From: Candidatus Zixiibacteriota bacterium
Lineage (GTDB): Bacteria; Zixibacteria; MSB-5A5; DSPP01; RBG-1
DNA: 27,612 nt
Reading direction: 5' to 3'
Assembly: GCA_044870015.1 (NCBI GenBank)
Contig: JBIOYE010000160.1
Location: forward strand, 1-27,612
The number at the start of each line of letters is the position of its first letter. Positions within the stretch are counted from its first letter, which is position 1. Of the stretch, positions 5,682 to 16,455 are shown one piece after another. Made by a program: the position numbers and the translations under genes. The notes below the pieces were generated by a model. The model made no database searches, was not told the origin of the DNA, and saw only the letters and a program-made list of their open reading frames with translations.

Positions 5682-6578
5682 TTATTTAAGCTTATATAAA
5701 TATTGCAGCTTGGGCGAAAAATTTTCGGCCTTGCTCAATTCGTCCACCTTATTCAGACTCTCGGAAAGCACGTCCCAGAACGTCACCTGTCGCGCTCTTT
5801 CCTTGATGGTGCGGGGTTTCCCCTTGATGCCCGCCATCTTGGCCGCTATTTCAATAGCGTCTTCCAGATCTCCTAATTCATCAATCAGTTTTAACTTTTG
5901 GGCCTGGCGTCCGGTAAAAACCCGCCCGTCGGCAAGTTTGTAAACCTGGGAGGAAGCGAGGTCCCTTTCTTTAACGACCACCTCCACAAACTGGTCATAG
6001 GTGTCATTGATGACCTGTTGCAGATACTCTCTTTCTCTGGGAGTTATGGAGCGCGCGAACGACCCGGCATCTTTCATCTCTCCGCTTTTGATTACCTCAA
6101 ATCTGATTCCCACTTTTTTCAGAAGTTCTTCAATTATAGGGATTTCAAAAATGACTCCGATGGAACCGGTGATGGTGCCGGGATTGGCAACTATGGTATC
6201 CGCGGCGCAGGCGATATAATATCCTCCGGAGGCACCCAGGCTCCCCATCGAGGCCACTACTGTTTTCCCCTTTTCCCGCACTTTTCTTATTTCCTCATAT
6301 ATTTCCTGCGAAGCCGCCACCCCTCCGCCCGGTGAATCGATATGAATGATCAAAGCCGGAATGGAAGAGTCATCTCCGAATTTTTTGAGCTGACGAATGA
6401 CGTTGGCGGAACTGGAAATCACTCCGTGCACATCGATTATGGCTATTTTCTCCCCGAAATCTAGGGCAACATTATTGTCTTCATATAGGGCCCCAAAGAA
6501 AGCAAGAAGTATCATTCCTAGAAATAAAATAAAGCAGGCGGCAATTATCGAAGCTAAGATGATATCTTTTTTCTTCAT
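5682..6578 (-). CDS. sppA: Signal peptide peptidase SppA, short (36K) type, S49 family
   Basis: N-terminal TM helix, IDSPGG, SMGSLGASGGYYIA, TITGSIGV, DGRVFTG. Confidence 0.93.
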   Translation of the reverse strand: MKKKDIILASIIAACFILFLGMILLAFFGALYEDNNVALDFGEKIAIIDVHGVISSSANVIRQLKKFGDDSSIPALIIHIDSPGGGVAASQEIYEEIRKVREKGKTVVASMGSLGASGGYYIACAADTIVANPGTITGSIGVIFEIPIIEELLKKVGIRFEVIKSGEMKDAGSFARSITPREREYLQQVINDTYDQFVEVVVKERDLASSQVYKLADGRVFTGRQAQKLKLIDELGDLEDAIEIAAKMAGIKGKPRTIKERARQVTFWDVLSESLNKVDELSKAENFSPKLQYLYKLK

Positions 6579-8531
6579 TTAGCTGGCCGGTACGTAGATT
6601 TTAAGTCTCTGTCCTGGTTTTAGCTTGCGGGGGTTCATTAGATTGTTCCAGTCCTTCAATGAGCGCAAACTGGTTCCAAACGATTGAGCTATTCCCCATA
6701 AGGTGTCCCCCGATTTTACTATATAAATTAGCGCCTTATGGGTGGCTTTGTCAATAAAATTATCATCCTTTTGAGCCAGGGAAGTTACCAGAGGTATTTT
6801 TATGACGTGGCCCTGAATTAAATAATCTTGCTTTTCCATACCGTTCAATTGCCTGATCTGGGAGGGGGTGGTATTGAATCTTTGGGCTAATTCAAACAGG
6901 CTGTCCCCCGATTTTACTCTATACCTGATTAATTTTTGTTGCGCTATGGCTTTGGGCTTGACGGTCGAGGCAATTTTGGGAGAAGAATTTTTCTTTATCA
7001 CCTCGCTGGCGGCATATTTTTGGCTCACAACCACGGGTATTTTTATGGGCTGTCCCCGTCTTAATTTGGCCTTGGTCGACAAATTGTTGGTCTTGGCTAA
7101 AGTCACAGTGGAAACTCCGTATTTGTAGGCAATCCGCGAGAGATTCTCTCCTCTTTGGACTTTGTGAGTTACCCAGTAGGTTTTCTTCTGCACCGGGAGT
7201 TGGTTATAATAGCCCCAGAATACTTCGGAGCTGTTCTTGGGAATTCTTAAATTATAGTCGTAAACATGAGGAGGAGTTATGTCCCGCAAGAGTTCCGGAT
7301 TTAGCTCCCGTAAAGTTTCTATATCGGTGTCCAGTACCTTGGCTATCGATTTCAAATCCAGGCATTTATCAATCACTACTTCATCATACACCAGAGGTGG
7401 TTCCGGGGTTACGTAAAAACCGTACTTCTCCGGGTTTTTGGCAATTATCGCTGAAGCCATAAACAGAGGCACATAGTTATAGGTCTGTCTTTTCAGCTTC
7501 AAGCCCCAGAAATCTCTTTTGTTTTGTCTGACCACGGCCCGGCCGATTCCCCCTTCGCCGGCGTTGTAAGCCGCTAAAGCCAAATTCCAGTCCTTGAAGG
7601 TGTCATATAAAAAGGCCAGATAATTGCAAGCCGCGTGAGTGGATTTTACAAAGTCCCTTCTCTCATCCATCCACCAGTTGCGGTCCAAATCGTAATTTCT
7701 GCCGGTGCTGGCGATGAACTGCCAGAAGCCCACCGCATGCGCCCAGGAATAAGCCTTGGCGCTGAAACCGGATTCGATGAAAGGCAAATAAACTATATTC
7801 TCCGGCAGGTTTTTGCTTTTGATGATTTCCAGCATCAGAGGCATATACTTTCCGGAGCGTTTCAGATATTTTTCAAACGGCTTTCTTCCCACGGTCTGTA
7901 AATAATTCAGGGCTTTCATGACCCGGGCATTGTTCTCTATGGTGATTTCGTAAGTCGATTCAGACCCGGATGGCTCTTCCCCTTTTAATAAATCTTCAGG
8001 TATAGTTTCGACCCCGTTATCTTTTTTGATATTCTTGAGGTCTTCAAATCTCTGAACAAAGGCGGAAACCGAGCTTTCATCTGAAAGTTCCCCTAAGGAT
8101 TCCAGGGTTTCTTTGTAATCTTCCTCTATCTCATGGGTAAGTTTATTGAATTCTTTGGTATAATCTTCGTCTCCGTCCGGGTCCAAGTCTAGGTCCGACA
8201 AGGTCGCCAGCCCCTTTTCGAAGCAACCCTGAGCTTTCTTCCATTCTTTTTCTTGATTGAAAAGTACCCCCTGGGCATAATAATCTCTAGCTTGTTGCAA
8301 TAGCAACTTAATGGTATCCTCTTCCGCTGGAAAGTTGTCTGCTTTATCTGTGACAAGAGCGCTATCCAGTCCATCCTGAACAGCTTCGGTAGTTTTGGAG
8401 CTGTCTTTATCTGTTTTAGCAGTGGCTGGCGGCTTATAAGCTGTCGACCGGACCACTGGTTTGGAGCATCCCATTAGCGCCAGCATAAAGAAACTTGCTA
8501 CTATTATTAAACCGATTACCATTTTTTTCAT
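6579..8531 (-). CDS. mltD: Lipoprotein lytic murein transglycosylase with three LysM domains (MltD-like)
   Basis: Lipobox LMGC, SLT motifs IESGF, AVGFWQFI and ALAAYNAGEG, three LysM repeats (HKVQRGENL, YRVKSGDSL, YIVKSGDTL). Confidence 0.88.
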   Translation of the reverse strand: MKKMVIGLIIVASFFMLALMGCSKPVVRSTAYKPPATAKTDKDSSKTTEAVQDGLDSALVTDKADNFPAEEDTIKLLLQQARDYYAQGVLFNQEKEWKKAQGCFEKGLATLSDLDLDPDGDEDYTKEFNKLTHEIEEDYKETLESLGELSDESSVSAFVQRFEDLKNIKKDNGVETIPEDLLKGEEPSGSESTYEITIENNARVMKALNYLQTVGRKPFEKYLKRSGKYMPLMLEIIKSKNLPENIVYLPFIESGFSAKAYSWAHAVGFWQFIASTGRNYDLDRNWWMDERRDFVKSTHAACNYLAFLYDTFKDWNLALAAYNAGEGGIGRAVVRQNKRDFWGLKLKRQTYNYVPLFMASAIIAKNPEKYGFYVTPEPPLVYDEVVIDKCLDLKSIAKVLDTDIETLRELNPELLRDITPPHVYDYNLRIPKNSSEVFWGYYNQLPVQKKTYWVTHKVQRGENLSRIAYKYGVSTVTLAKTNNLSTKAKLRRGQPIKIPVVVSQKYAASEVIKKNSSPKIASTVKPKAIAQQKLIRYRVKSGDSLFELAQRFNTTPSQIRQLNGMEKQDYLIQGHVIKIPLVTSLAQKDDNFIDKATHKALIYIVKSGDTLWGIAQSFGTSLRSLKDWNNLMNPRKLKPGQRLKIYVPAS

Positions 8532-8564
8532 TATTCCACCTTTGTTTCTATTCTAATTCGTTGA

Positions 8565-8593
8565 TATATATGTAAATACTCCAACCTTGTCAA
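8565..8593 (-). promoter_or_regulatory. Possible promoter of mltD-sppA
   Basis: TTGACA (8593-8588), 17 nt, TATATA (imperfect -10). Confidence 0.4.
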
Positions 8594-8600
8594 GATAATT

Positions 8601-9518
8601 TTAATGGGCTTGCTCAAATTTACCTAAAATAGTCCCAACCGGATTATCCTGCTCTATATCAATCCACTCTATCTTTTTATCGGCTCGAAACCAGGTTAAT
8701 TGCCTTTTGGCATAATTCCTGGTCCCCTGCTTGAACTTCTCCAGAGCTTCATCCAGCCCGATTTGATCCTGCAGGTAGGCCTCCATATCCAGATATCCGA
8801 AGGTTCTCAAGGCTGGCAGCTGAAAAGAGTAGCTCCTGGCTATTAGGTTCTTGACTTCTTCTAAAAAGCCGTTTCCAATCATTTTCTCCACCCTCATATT
8901 TATTCTATGATAAAGTGCTTTACGCTCCAGGTTTAAGCCAAATTTGATAAAGTTCAAACTTTTATCACTATATTGCCCTTTTTCCTGCCATTCTGAAATC
9001 GATTTTCCGGTCAACTCGTAGACCTCCAGCCCCCGGATGATTCTGATTTCATCGGTGGGGGAGATTTTCTCTGAAGTCCTAGAATCCACTCTTTTTAACT
9101 TCTGATATAAACTTTCCAAACCCAATCTCTCTTTTTCCTTTCTTAAAACATCTCTCAATTTATAGTCTGCCGGAGGTCCCTGAAAAAGACCCCATTCCAG
9201 GGCTTTTAGGTATAAACCGGACCCTCCTACTATTATCGGAAGTTTTTGGCGAATAAAAATATTATTTATCGCTTCCGTGGCTTTTTTTTCATATAACCCG
9301 GCTGAAAATCTCTCATCCGGATATACTATATCGATCAGGTGATGTACTGCCCGGGCTTGTTCCTCTTTAGTCGGTTTGGCAGTTCCTATATCCATTAACT
9401 TATAAATCTGCCGGGAATCGCAGGAGACGATTTCCCCATTTAACCTTCGGGCTAACTCTATTCCGACTGTGGTTTTCCCTATAGCGGTGGGACCCACAAT
9501 GGTTAACACTGTTTTCAT
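8601..9518 (-). CDS. miaA: tRNA dimethylallyltransferase
   Basis: GPTAIGKT P-loop, DSRQIYK, GTAKP, VGGSGLY, YAKRQLTWFR. Confidence 0.97.
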   Translation of the reverse strand: MKTVLTIVGPTAIGKTTVGIELARRLNGEIVSCDSRQIYKLMDIGTAKPTKEEQARAVHHLIDIVYPDERFSAGLYEKKATEAINNIFIRQKLPIIVGGSGLYLKALEWGLFQGPPADYKLRDVLRKEKERLGLESLYQKLKRVDSRTSEKISPTDEIRIIRGLEVYELTGKSISEWQEKGQYSDKSLNFIKFGLNLERKALYHRINMRVEKMIGNGFLEEVKNLIARSYSFQLPALRTFGYLDMEAYLQDQIGLDEALEKFKQGTRNYAKRQLTWFRADKKIEWIDIEQDNPVGTILGKFEQAH

Positions 9519-9584
9519 ATGTTTTTTTTGGCGAGGAGAAAATCAGGTTGACATTTGATAGAGTTGAAATTTTTGTGATGGAAA

Positions 9585-11348
9585 TTACGGCCGTCCGAAC
9601 TTGTGGTTGATCTCTTCCAGCGGGATTCGGACTAAAGTGGGACGCCCGTGCGGGCAGATATAAGGGTTATCAGTGGCAAACAATCTGTCGAATAAAGAGT
9701 TCATCTCTTCGGTGGTTAGCTTATCCCCGGCTTTGACCGCGGCTTTGCAGGCGAAGGTGGAGGTTATGGCTTTGATGCGGTCATTTCCTGGTTTGAAATT
9801 GGCCGCCAAATCCGTCAAAATCTCCTTGAAAAAGTTGCCGGAATTTTTATTTCTGATACCGGAAGGAACCCCGGAGACCACTACGGTCTTTCCTCCCAGG
9901 GGCTTGACCTCAAAACCTAATTCTTCCCAGACCGCTAAATTTTCATCAAAGAATGAAAACTCCAGAGGGGTCAATTCTAATGATTGGGGAAAAAGCAGTT
10001 GCTGGACTGTTGGTTTTTTGCTGGCCAAGTTTTTGGTGGCTTCTTCATATAAGATTCTCTCATGGGCGGTATGCTGGTCCATGACGATTAAACTTTCTTT
10101 GACGGCCGCTAAAATATAAGTATTGGCTAATTGCCAGAAATTGCTAATCCCGTAATAATCTTCTGTTTTTTCAGCCAAAACAATTTCCGGTTCCACTTTT
10201 CTGTCGAAAATTTCTTTCAAGATTGTTTTCTGTTGGGTTTCAACTGTACTGCTTTTGGTTTCGTAATTTCCCAAGGACTCTCTGACTAAACTGTGCCTTT
10301 CACCACCCATTGTGGGAAACACGGTTTTTTCACCGACCGCTTCGTATACCGGCATAACCATTGTTGAGCTTAAAGTCTTTTTGATGGCTAAATAAACCAG
10401 ATCATGCGCCTGTTTTTCATTGGCGAATCGGACTTCTAATTTCTGGGGATGGACATTGACATCCACTAATTGAGGAATGACTTCCAGAAAAAGATAAATC
10501 AGAGGATATTTTCCTTTGGGCAACAATTCTCCGTATCCCAACTGCACTGCATGCAATAGACTCCGGTTGGAAATAATCCTTCCATTGACAAAAAATCTGA
10601 TTTCACCTCGGGTGGCTTTGGCAAGCTCCGGCTTACCCAAAAATCCAGCCACCTGAATTTCGTTGGGTTCTTTTCTTATCTCCAGCATTTTCAAAAAAGT
10701 CTCTTTCCCCACAATTTCCCGTACTCTTTGTGATGAAGTGGTTTTGGCATTTAAATTTAATACTTCCCGATTGTCAATTTTCAATTTGAAGGAGACCGAA
10801 GGGTTCGCTATAGCGAAATTGGTAACCAAATCAATTATGTGTCTATTTTCGGTAACTTCTGATTTTAAAAATTTTCTCCTGGCCGGAGTGTTGTAAAATA
10901 AATCGGAGACAGTGACGATAGTTCCCACATTGGCGGGAGTATCTTTAGCTTCCCTAATTTCACCGGTTTCAATTTTAAGTTTGGTTCCATTTACGGAATC
11001 TTTGGTTTTAGTAACCATTTCAACTTTTGATACTGAAGCAATGGATGGTAGCGCTTCTCCCCGGAAACCCAGGCTGGAGATATTGAACAAATCTTCTGCC
11101 GAAGAAATTTTACTGGTGGCATGCCTGGAAAAAGCCAGCTTAGCGTCCGAAGCATCTATTCCCCGGCCGTTATCCACTACCCGAATCAGTTTTTTCCCCC
11201 CTTCTTTTATCTCAATCTCAATTTGAGTGGCTTCGGCATCCACAGAATTTTCAACCAGTTCTTTGACCACGCTGGCCGGGCGCTCCACCACTTCACCGGC
11301 CGCAATTTTATTGATTAATTCTTCTGATAAAATTTTAATCCGGTTCAT
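9585..11348 (-). CDS. mutL: DNA mismatch repair protein MutL, endonuclease-proficient type
   Basis: KIAAGEVVERPASVVKELVENS, GFRGEAL. C-terminal DQHTAHERILYE, QQLLFP clamp motif, ACK and CPHGRP. Confidence 0.98.
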   Translation of the reverse strand: MNRIKILSEELINKIAAGEVVERPASVVKELVENSVDAEATQIEIEIKEGGKKLIRVVDNGRGIDASDAKLAFSRHATSKISSAEDLFNISSLGFRGEALPSIASVSKVEMVTKTKDSVNGTKLKIETGEIREAKDTPANVGTIVTVSDLFYNTPARRKFLKSEVTENRHIIDLVTNFAIANPSVSFKLKIDNREVLNLNAKTTSSQRVREIVGKETFLKMLEIRKEPNEIQVAGFLGKPELAKATRGEIRFFVNGRIISNRSLLHAVQLGYGELLPKGKYPLIYLFLEVIPQLVDVNVHPQKLEVRFANEKQAHDLVYLAIKKTLSSTMVMPVYEAVGEKTVFPTMGGERHSLVRESLGNYETKSSTVETQQKTILKEIFDRKVEPEIVLAEKTEDYYGISNFWQLANTYILAAVKESLIVMDQHTAHERILYEEATKNLASKKPTVQQLLFPQSLELTPLEFSFFDENLAVWEELGFEVKPLGGKTVVVSGVPSGIRNKNSGNFFKEILTDLAANFKPGNDRIKAITSTFACKAAVKAGDKLTTEEMNSLFDRLFATDNPYICPHGRPTLVRIPLEEINHKFGRP

Positions 11349-11349
11349 T

Positions 11350-13938
11350 TCAATCCGCCAACTTTCTTTTCCATTCTGCCAGCTTATTCAAGGCCTCGAT
11401 AGCGGTCATTTTTTCCACTTCCAATCCTTTTAACTCTTTTTCTATTTCGCTTGATTGCTCCTCAAATAAAGTTTTTTGAGACAGGTTCAGTCGCTCAACT
11501 TTGGTCATAGGAATTTTCTTAACCGTGACCTCCCCTTCTTCTAATTGAGTCAAAATATCTTTGGCTCTTTCTAAAACCTCTTTAGGAATTCCGGCTAATT
11601 TAGCCACTTCAATTCCATAACTGTCATCACATCCGCCCGGAACAATTTTTCTCAAAAAAATTACTTCCCCTTTGGATTCTTTGACAGCTACATTATAATT
11701 TTTCACCTGCGGTAAAAATGTCGCCAGTTCTGTCAATTCATGATAATGAGTGGCAAACAAGGTCTTAGCTTTGATTTGATTGTGAATATGCTCTGTTACG
11801 GCCCAGGCGATAGACAAGCCGTCAAAAGTTGAAGTTCCCCGACCGATTTCATCCAGTAAAATCAGACTTTTGGCAGTGGCATAATTCAGAATATTGGCAG
11901 TCTCATTCATCTCCACCAAGAAAGTGGACTGCCCCAAAGTTATATTATCCATCGCTCCTACTCGGGTGAAAATCCGGTCCACAATCCCGATTTTGGCTTT
12001 TTTGGCCGGGACAAATGACCCGATTTGAGCCAGCAGTGCAATCAAACCCACCTGCCGTAAATAAGTTGATTTGCCAGCCATATTGGGACCGGTGATGATA
12101 TGTATCAGCTCTGAATCGGATAATCTGGTTTCATTGGGAATGAAACTTCCGGAATCCAAAACTCTTTCCAAAACCGGATGTCTTCCTTCTTCAATTAGAA
12201 CGTCGCTCGATTGGTCAACTTCCGGTCTGGTGTAGCCGAAATCTGTGGCAACGGTAGACAAAGCAGTCAGAACGTCTATGGCCGACAACAGTTCTGCGGT
12301 TTTTTGGATATCTTTGGTCCTCTCTGCTACCTGTGAACGTATTTGTAAAAACAGCTCATATTCTTTCTGGTTGATTTTTTCCTGGGCGTTCAGAATCAAA
12401 TCTTCTCTTTCTTTTAACTCCGGAGTGATGAATCTTTCAGCATTGGTCAAGGTTTGCTTGCGGATATAATTGGCAGGGACTTTTGATAAATGGGGAGTGG
12501 TAACTTCAATGTAATAGCCGAAAACCTGATTGTATCCGACTTTAAGAGATGAAATCCCGCTTTTTTCTCTTTCTTCTTTTTGCAGATTCAAAATCCATTC
12601 TTTATTTTTGGAAACCATTTCACTTAATTTATCCAGCTCCGCATCAAATCCCTTTTTTATGATTCCACCTTCATTGAGAACCAGAGGCGGATCGTCGGCA
12701 ATCGAATTTTCCATCAAATTGACTAAATCATCTGCTTTGAGGAAATTATCTTTGATATTTTTCAGAAGCGGGCTTTTTAAAATGGTAAGCTGTTTTTGTA
12801 TTGCAGGCACAATTTTCAAAGATTCTTTTACCCCCAATAAATCTTTGGGGGTAGCTTTACCATAACCGATTTTACCGGCTAATCTTTCTAAATCAGATAT
12901 AAAAGAAAGTTTTTCTTTTAAATCCGATTTCGCATCAGAATTTAAAACCAACTCCGCCACGGCGCTTTGTCGTTCTAAAATTTTCTCCCGATTTAAAAGC
13001 GGCTTAGCCAGCCAGCTTTTTAAAAGCCGTCCCCCCATGGCGGTTTTGGTCTGGTTTAAAATTGAGAATAATGAAATAGATTGGTTGTTGTCAGTGGAAG
13101 GGAACAGTTCCAGATTGCGAATGGTATTGGCATCCAAGAACATTTCTTCATTATTTTGCAGAACCGAAATTTTGTTGAGATGAGCCAGCAGAGTTTTTTT
13201 GGTCCCTTTTAGATAACTCAAAACCGCCCCGGCCGCCACAACCCCCAATTTCAAGTTCTGACAGCCGAAACCATCTAAAGAAGCTACTTGTAACTGTTCG
13301 GTCAAATTTTTGTGAGCAGAATCATAGTCATATTTCCAGCTTTCGAATTTTGTAAAATGTGAAGTATCTGCAAAAGCTTTTAAATATTTAACTTTTTCTT
13401 CATACCAACTGTCCGGAATCAATATTTCAGCCGGATTTAGGACCTCCAATTCTTCTAAAATTTTATACTTTTCTCGCTGGTCAATTTTGAATTCTCCGGT
13501 GGCCAAATCCACCACAGCCAGACCCATTTCTTTTTCATCTTCAATCAGTGCGGCTAAATAATGATTTTTCTGATTTTCTATGACCTGATCTAAGGTAACT
13601 GTTCCGGGAGTGATAATTTCGACCACTTCTCTTTTGACTAGTTTTTTGGCTGGGGAGGCCTCTTCGGTCTGTTCACAGATAACCACTTTCTTGCCGGCCT
13701 GAATTAATTTGGCTAAATATCTTTCCGCCGAATGATAAGGAACTCCGGCTAAAGGGACTCTATCTGATTTTCCATGACTGCGTGAGGTTAAGGCAATCCC
13801 TAAAATCTGGGAGGCCACTTTGGCGTCCTCACCGAACATCTCATAAAAATCCCCCATTCTGAAGAACAGAATTTCGTGCGGGTAATCTTTTTTGATTTCA
13901 AGATACTGCTTCATCAAGGGGGTGCTTAAATCCGACAT
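11350..13938 (-). CDS. mutS: DNA mismatch repair protein MutS
   Basis: TPLMKQY, FFRMGDFYEMF mismatch-recognition motif, Walker A GPNMAGKST, DEIGRGTS, ATHYHEL, SYGIEVA. Confidence 0.98.
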   Translation of the reverse strand: MSDLSTPLMKQYLEIKKDYPHEILFFRMGDFYEMFGEDAKVASQILGIALTSRSHGKSDRVPLAGVPYHSAERYLAKLIQAGKKVVICEQTEEASPAKKLVKREVVEIITPGTVTLDQVIENQKNHYLAALIEDEKEMGLAVVDLATGEFKIDQREKYKILEELEVLNPAEILIPDSWYEEKVKYLKAFADTSHFTKFESWKYDYDSAHKNLTEQLQVASLDGFGCQNLKLGVVAAGAVLSYLKGTKKTLLAHLNKISVLQNNEEMFLDANTIRNLELFPSTDNNQSISLFSILNQTKTAMGGRLLKSWLAKPLLNREKILERQSAVAELVLNSDAKSDLKEKLSFISDLERLAGKIGYGKATPKDLLGVKESLKIVPAIQKQLTILKSPLLKNIKDNFLKADDLVNLMENSIADDPPLVLNEGGIIKKGFDAELDKLSEMVSKNKEWILNLQKEEREKSGISSLKVGYNQVFGYYIEVTTPHLSKVPANYIRKQTLTNAERFITPELKEREDLILNAQEKINQKEYELFLQIRSQVAERTKDIQKTAELLSAIDVLTALSTVATDFGYTRPEVDQSSDVLIEEGRHPVLERVLDSGSFIPNETRLSDSELIHIITGPNMAGKSTYLRQVGLIALLAQIGSFVPAKKAKIGIVDRIFTRVGAMDNITLGQSTFLVEMNETANILNYATAKSLILLDEIGRGTSTFDGLSIAWAVTEHIHNQIKAKTLFATHYHELTELATFLPQVKNYNVAVKESKGEVIFLRKIVPGGCDDSYGIEVAKLAGIPKEVLERAKDILTQLEEGEVTVKKIPMTKVERLNLSQKTLFEEQSSEIEKELKGLEVEKMTAIEALNKLAEWKRKLAD

Positions 13939-13939
13939 A

Positions 13940-14968
13940 TCACTTGATGACCACGCGGAAGGATTGATTCAGGGCTTGCTCTAAGCCTTCTTTGCGATCC
14001 TGGGCCTCTTCCAGAGAATCGAAGGATCCGGTCTGAACCACGAAGTATTTTTTGTCGTTGATGACTTTGTTGGTCAGATAAGGTTTAAGTCCCAGGGCTT
14101 TGACCTGTGCCATTAGATTCTCAGCGTAATCTTTATTGCTGAAGACTCCCAACTGAATGGTATAGGTAACTTTTAAAAATTTCTCGGCCTCCCCGGACTT
14201 GATTTTCGAGTTGGTTTTTTTGAGCGGAGTTATGGGCTCAAAGATGGCTGTAGATTGCAGCCCCACCGGAAATTTTTCTTTATACATATTTATGTATAAA
14301 CTGGCTTTGATCTCATCCCCTAATTCCGCATAAGCGGAACTTATTTGAGCAAAGGCTAATCCAAGGGCATCAGAGCCCGGATAATTTTCCAGCACTTTCT
14401 GATAGAAAGTTATGGCATTCTCATACTCTCCGGAAGCAAAATAGGCATCCCCTAATCCCAGATATCCCCAGCTGGCCCAGGTGTAGGGATAGTTTTCAGT
14501 CAGGGTTTGGAATTCGGCTTTGGCTTCCTCCATCTGTTCGGTGGCTAAATACGACTCACCCAAAATCCAGATTACCTGCGGCATGAAATCGCTGGAGGTG
14601 AATTGCTTTTTAAAAGTGGTCAGAAGCTCAATGGCAGTCACGTATTGTCCTTTGACATAATAGTAATAGCCGATTTGGAGATTGGCCTCCTGGGCCCTCT
14701 TATCCACATCCGAGCTTCTCTGCACATCCTTGAAATATCCCAGGGAGATATCTCCTTCTTTTTCAAGTTTTCCCATCAAAAGCAGAGCGGCCACATCTTT
14801 GGAATGCTCTTTTAAGTGTTTCTGCAAAATCTGTCTGGCTTCCTCCACTTTACCCTGCTGTATTAAGGTTCGGGCTTGCTGGAGCGGAGAATTGGTTTGC
14901 GAGAAAAGCTGAGCTGATGAAAAAATCAGGCTGGCAAAAATTATTAATCTGAGATATCTGGCTGACAT
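13940..14968 (-). CDS. Periplasmic TPR-repeat protein with C-terminal SPOR domain
   Basis: Signal peptide, helical TPR-like repeats (LGDAYFASGEYENAITFYQKVLENYP), SPOR-like YTIQLGVFSNKDYAENL. Confidence 0.8.
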   Translation of the reverse strand: MSARYLRLIIFASLIFSSAQLFSQTNSPLQQARTLIQQGKVEEARQILQKHLKEHSKDVAALLLMGKLEKEGDISLGYFKDVQRSSDVDKRAQEANLQIGYYYYVKGQYVTAIELLTTFKKQFTSSDFMPQVIWILGESYLATEQMEEAKAEFQTLTENYPYTWASWGYLGLGDAYFASGEYENAITFYQKVLENYPGSDALGLAFAQISSAYAELGDEIKASLYINMYKEKFPVGLQSTAIFEPITPLKKTNSKIKSGEAEKFLKVTYTIQLGVFSNKDYAENLMAQVKALGLKPYLTNKVINDKKYFVVQTGSFDSLEEAQDRKEGLEQALNQSFRVVIK

Positions 14969-14970
14969 AA

Positions 14971-16125
14971 TTATATGTTAAAACTGTTGATTTTTCGGCA
15001 TTGCGGACAGAGCCAGAGCGGCCCTGTGGATACATAATTACAGTTGCCACAGGTATAATTTTCAAATTTACCGGGCATATATTCTGCCATCTGCTGGCTG
15101 ATTCGCAGAGCCTTATCTGTCTCCCCGTTATGTCGGTAAAGATTGATTAGATCTTTCATGGCCGGATAAAAATCTGCATCTATTTCCAGCACGTCCGTCA
15201 TGGCTTCAATGGCCGCCTTGACGTTTCCTTTCTTTTCATAGATACTCGCCAAGGCGTACAGAGTTCTGACATCCTTGGGGTTTTCTCTCAAAATGCTGTG
15301 ATAGATTTCAGCCATGTCCTGAAATCTCCCTTTTTCAAATAAGGTCTTCTCCAGCCTTTCGAAAACCAACCAGCCGGCTTCCGGCTTGATTTCAATCAGT
15401 TTTTTCCAGTACTCCACCGCTTCATCCAGCCGGCGGTCCAGATAGTAAGCATCCCCTAAAAAAATGTAAGCCGGCACGCAGGTCTCATCATAATGCAGGG
15501 CTTCTTTGAAAGCCAAACGGGCTTGATGGTATTCTCCCTTTTCGGCCTTTTGGTTTCCTTCCAAGACTCTATAATAAGCCAAAATACGGTCGTCCTTTTC
15601 CTGTTTATGTTTCAAGATTTGCTTTTTGATTTCAAAGGCTTTTTCCCACTCATTATTTTTTTCATACTCTTCCAGCAGTCTTTCACTCAACCCCGGATTT
15701 CCCTTGTCCTCTTTTAAAAGCTCTTCTAAGAGGGAAACCCCTTTGTCGGTATGACCCAGACTTATATAATCCAGCGCCAGAGAAATCTGGATATCGTGTT
15801 TGGCGACACCGTCTAAATTCGGACGCAGGCTCAGCTGACGGTGGATTTCCAGGGCTTTGTCCCCCCGGTTTCTCTTTCTCAAGAGGTCCCCTAATTTCAG
15901 ATAGGCATCGATATTGTCGGTATCTTCCAGAACCGCCTCTCTTAATTTTACGAAAGCCATATTATCATCTCCGGCTACCAGGGCTTTAAGGGCTTCGATA
16001 TATTTTTGGGGGGAAACTCTCTTTTTTGAGGTCCGGGCTTTGGACCAGAAAAATAAAATTATCAAAAGCAGGATTAAAGTCGCTGCAATCAGTGCTAAGA
16101 CCTGGTTTACGTTCAAAGGTTCCAT
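14971..16125 (-). CDS. lapB: LapB/YciM-like TPR protein with rubredoxin-like domain
   Basis: N-terminal TM, TPRs (ALEIHRQL), C-terminal CGNC...WLCPQC, downstream of a lapA-like gene. Confidence 0.85.
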   Translation of the reverse strand: MEPLNVNQVLALIAATLILLLIILFFWSKARTSKKRVSPQKYIEALKALVAGDDNMAFVKLREAVLEDTDNIDAYLKLGDLLRKRNRGDKALEIHRQLSLRPNLDGVAKHDIQISLALDYISLGHTDKGVSLLEELLKEDKGNPGLSERLLEEYEKNNEWEKAFEIKKQILKHKQEKDDRILAYYRVLEGNQKAEKGEYHQARLAFKEALHYDETCVPAYIFLGDAYYLDRRLDEAVEYWKKLIEIKPEAGWLVFERLEKTLFEKGRFQDMAEIYHSILRENPKDVRTLYALASIYEKKGNVKAAIEAMTDVLEIDADFYPAMKDLINLYRHNGETDKALRISQQMAEYMPGKFENYTCGNCNYVSTGPLWLCPQCRKINSFNI

Positions 16126-16128
16126 AAT

Positions 16129-16431
16129 TTATTTTTCTTCCACATCTTCCAAAGCCATATTTCGTAGAGCTTTCAGCTCTTCTGTTAATCTCTTGGTTTC
16201 CTTTTTCTGTTGAGATAATTCTCCATGAATTTTTAAATAGTAGGTGATTCCCAGAATGAAGGAAACTATCATCCCCACCACGAAGACCCAGTAAGAAACC
16301 ACGATCATGGGCACTTGGGTGTATTTATGACCGAAGAGATTGATGTTGACTTTTTCGCCGGAATTGTAGATGGAAAATCCTATGATGATGATAATCAAAA
16401 GCATTATAACCAGAACTCTTAAAACCCACAT
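16129..16431 (-). CDS. lapA: LapA (DUF1049) family membrane protein
   Basis: Two hydrophobic segments with N..KVNINLF between them, coiled-coil tail, SD GGAGG, adjacent to lapB. Confidence 0.78.
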   Translation of the reverse strand: MWVLRVLVIMLLIIIIIGFSIYNSGEKVNINLFGHKYTQVPMIVVSYWVFVVGMIVSFILGITYYLKIHGELSQQKKETKRLTEELKALRNMALEDVEEK

Positions 16432-16455
16432 AAGCCCTCCTTGAAATTTAAAATC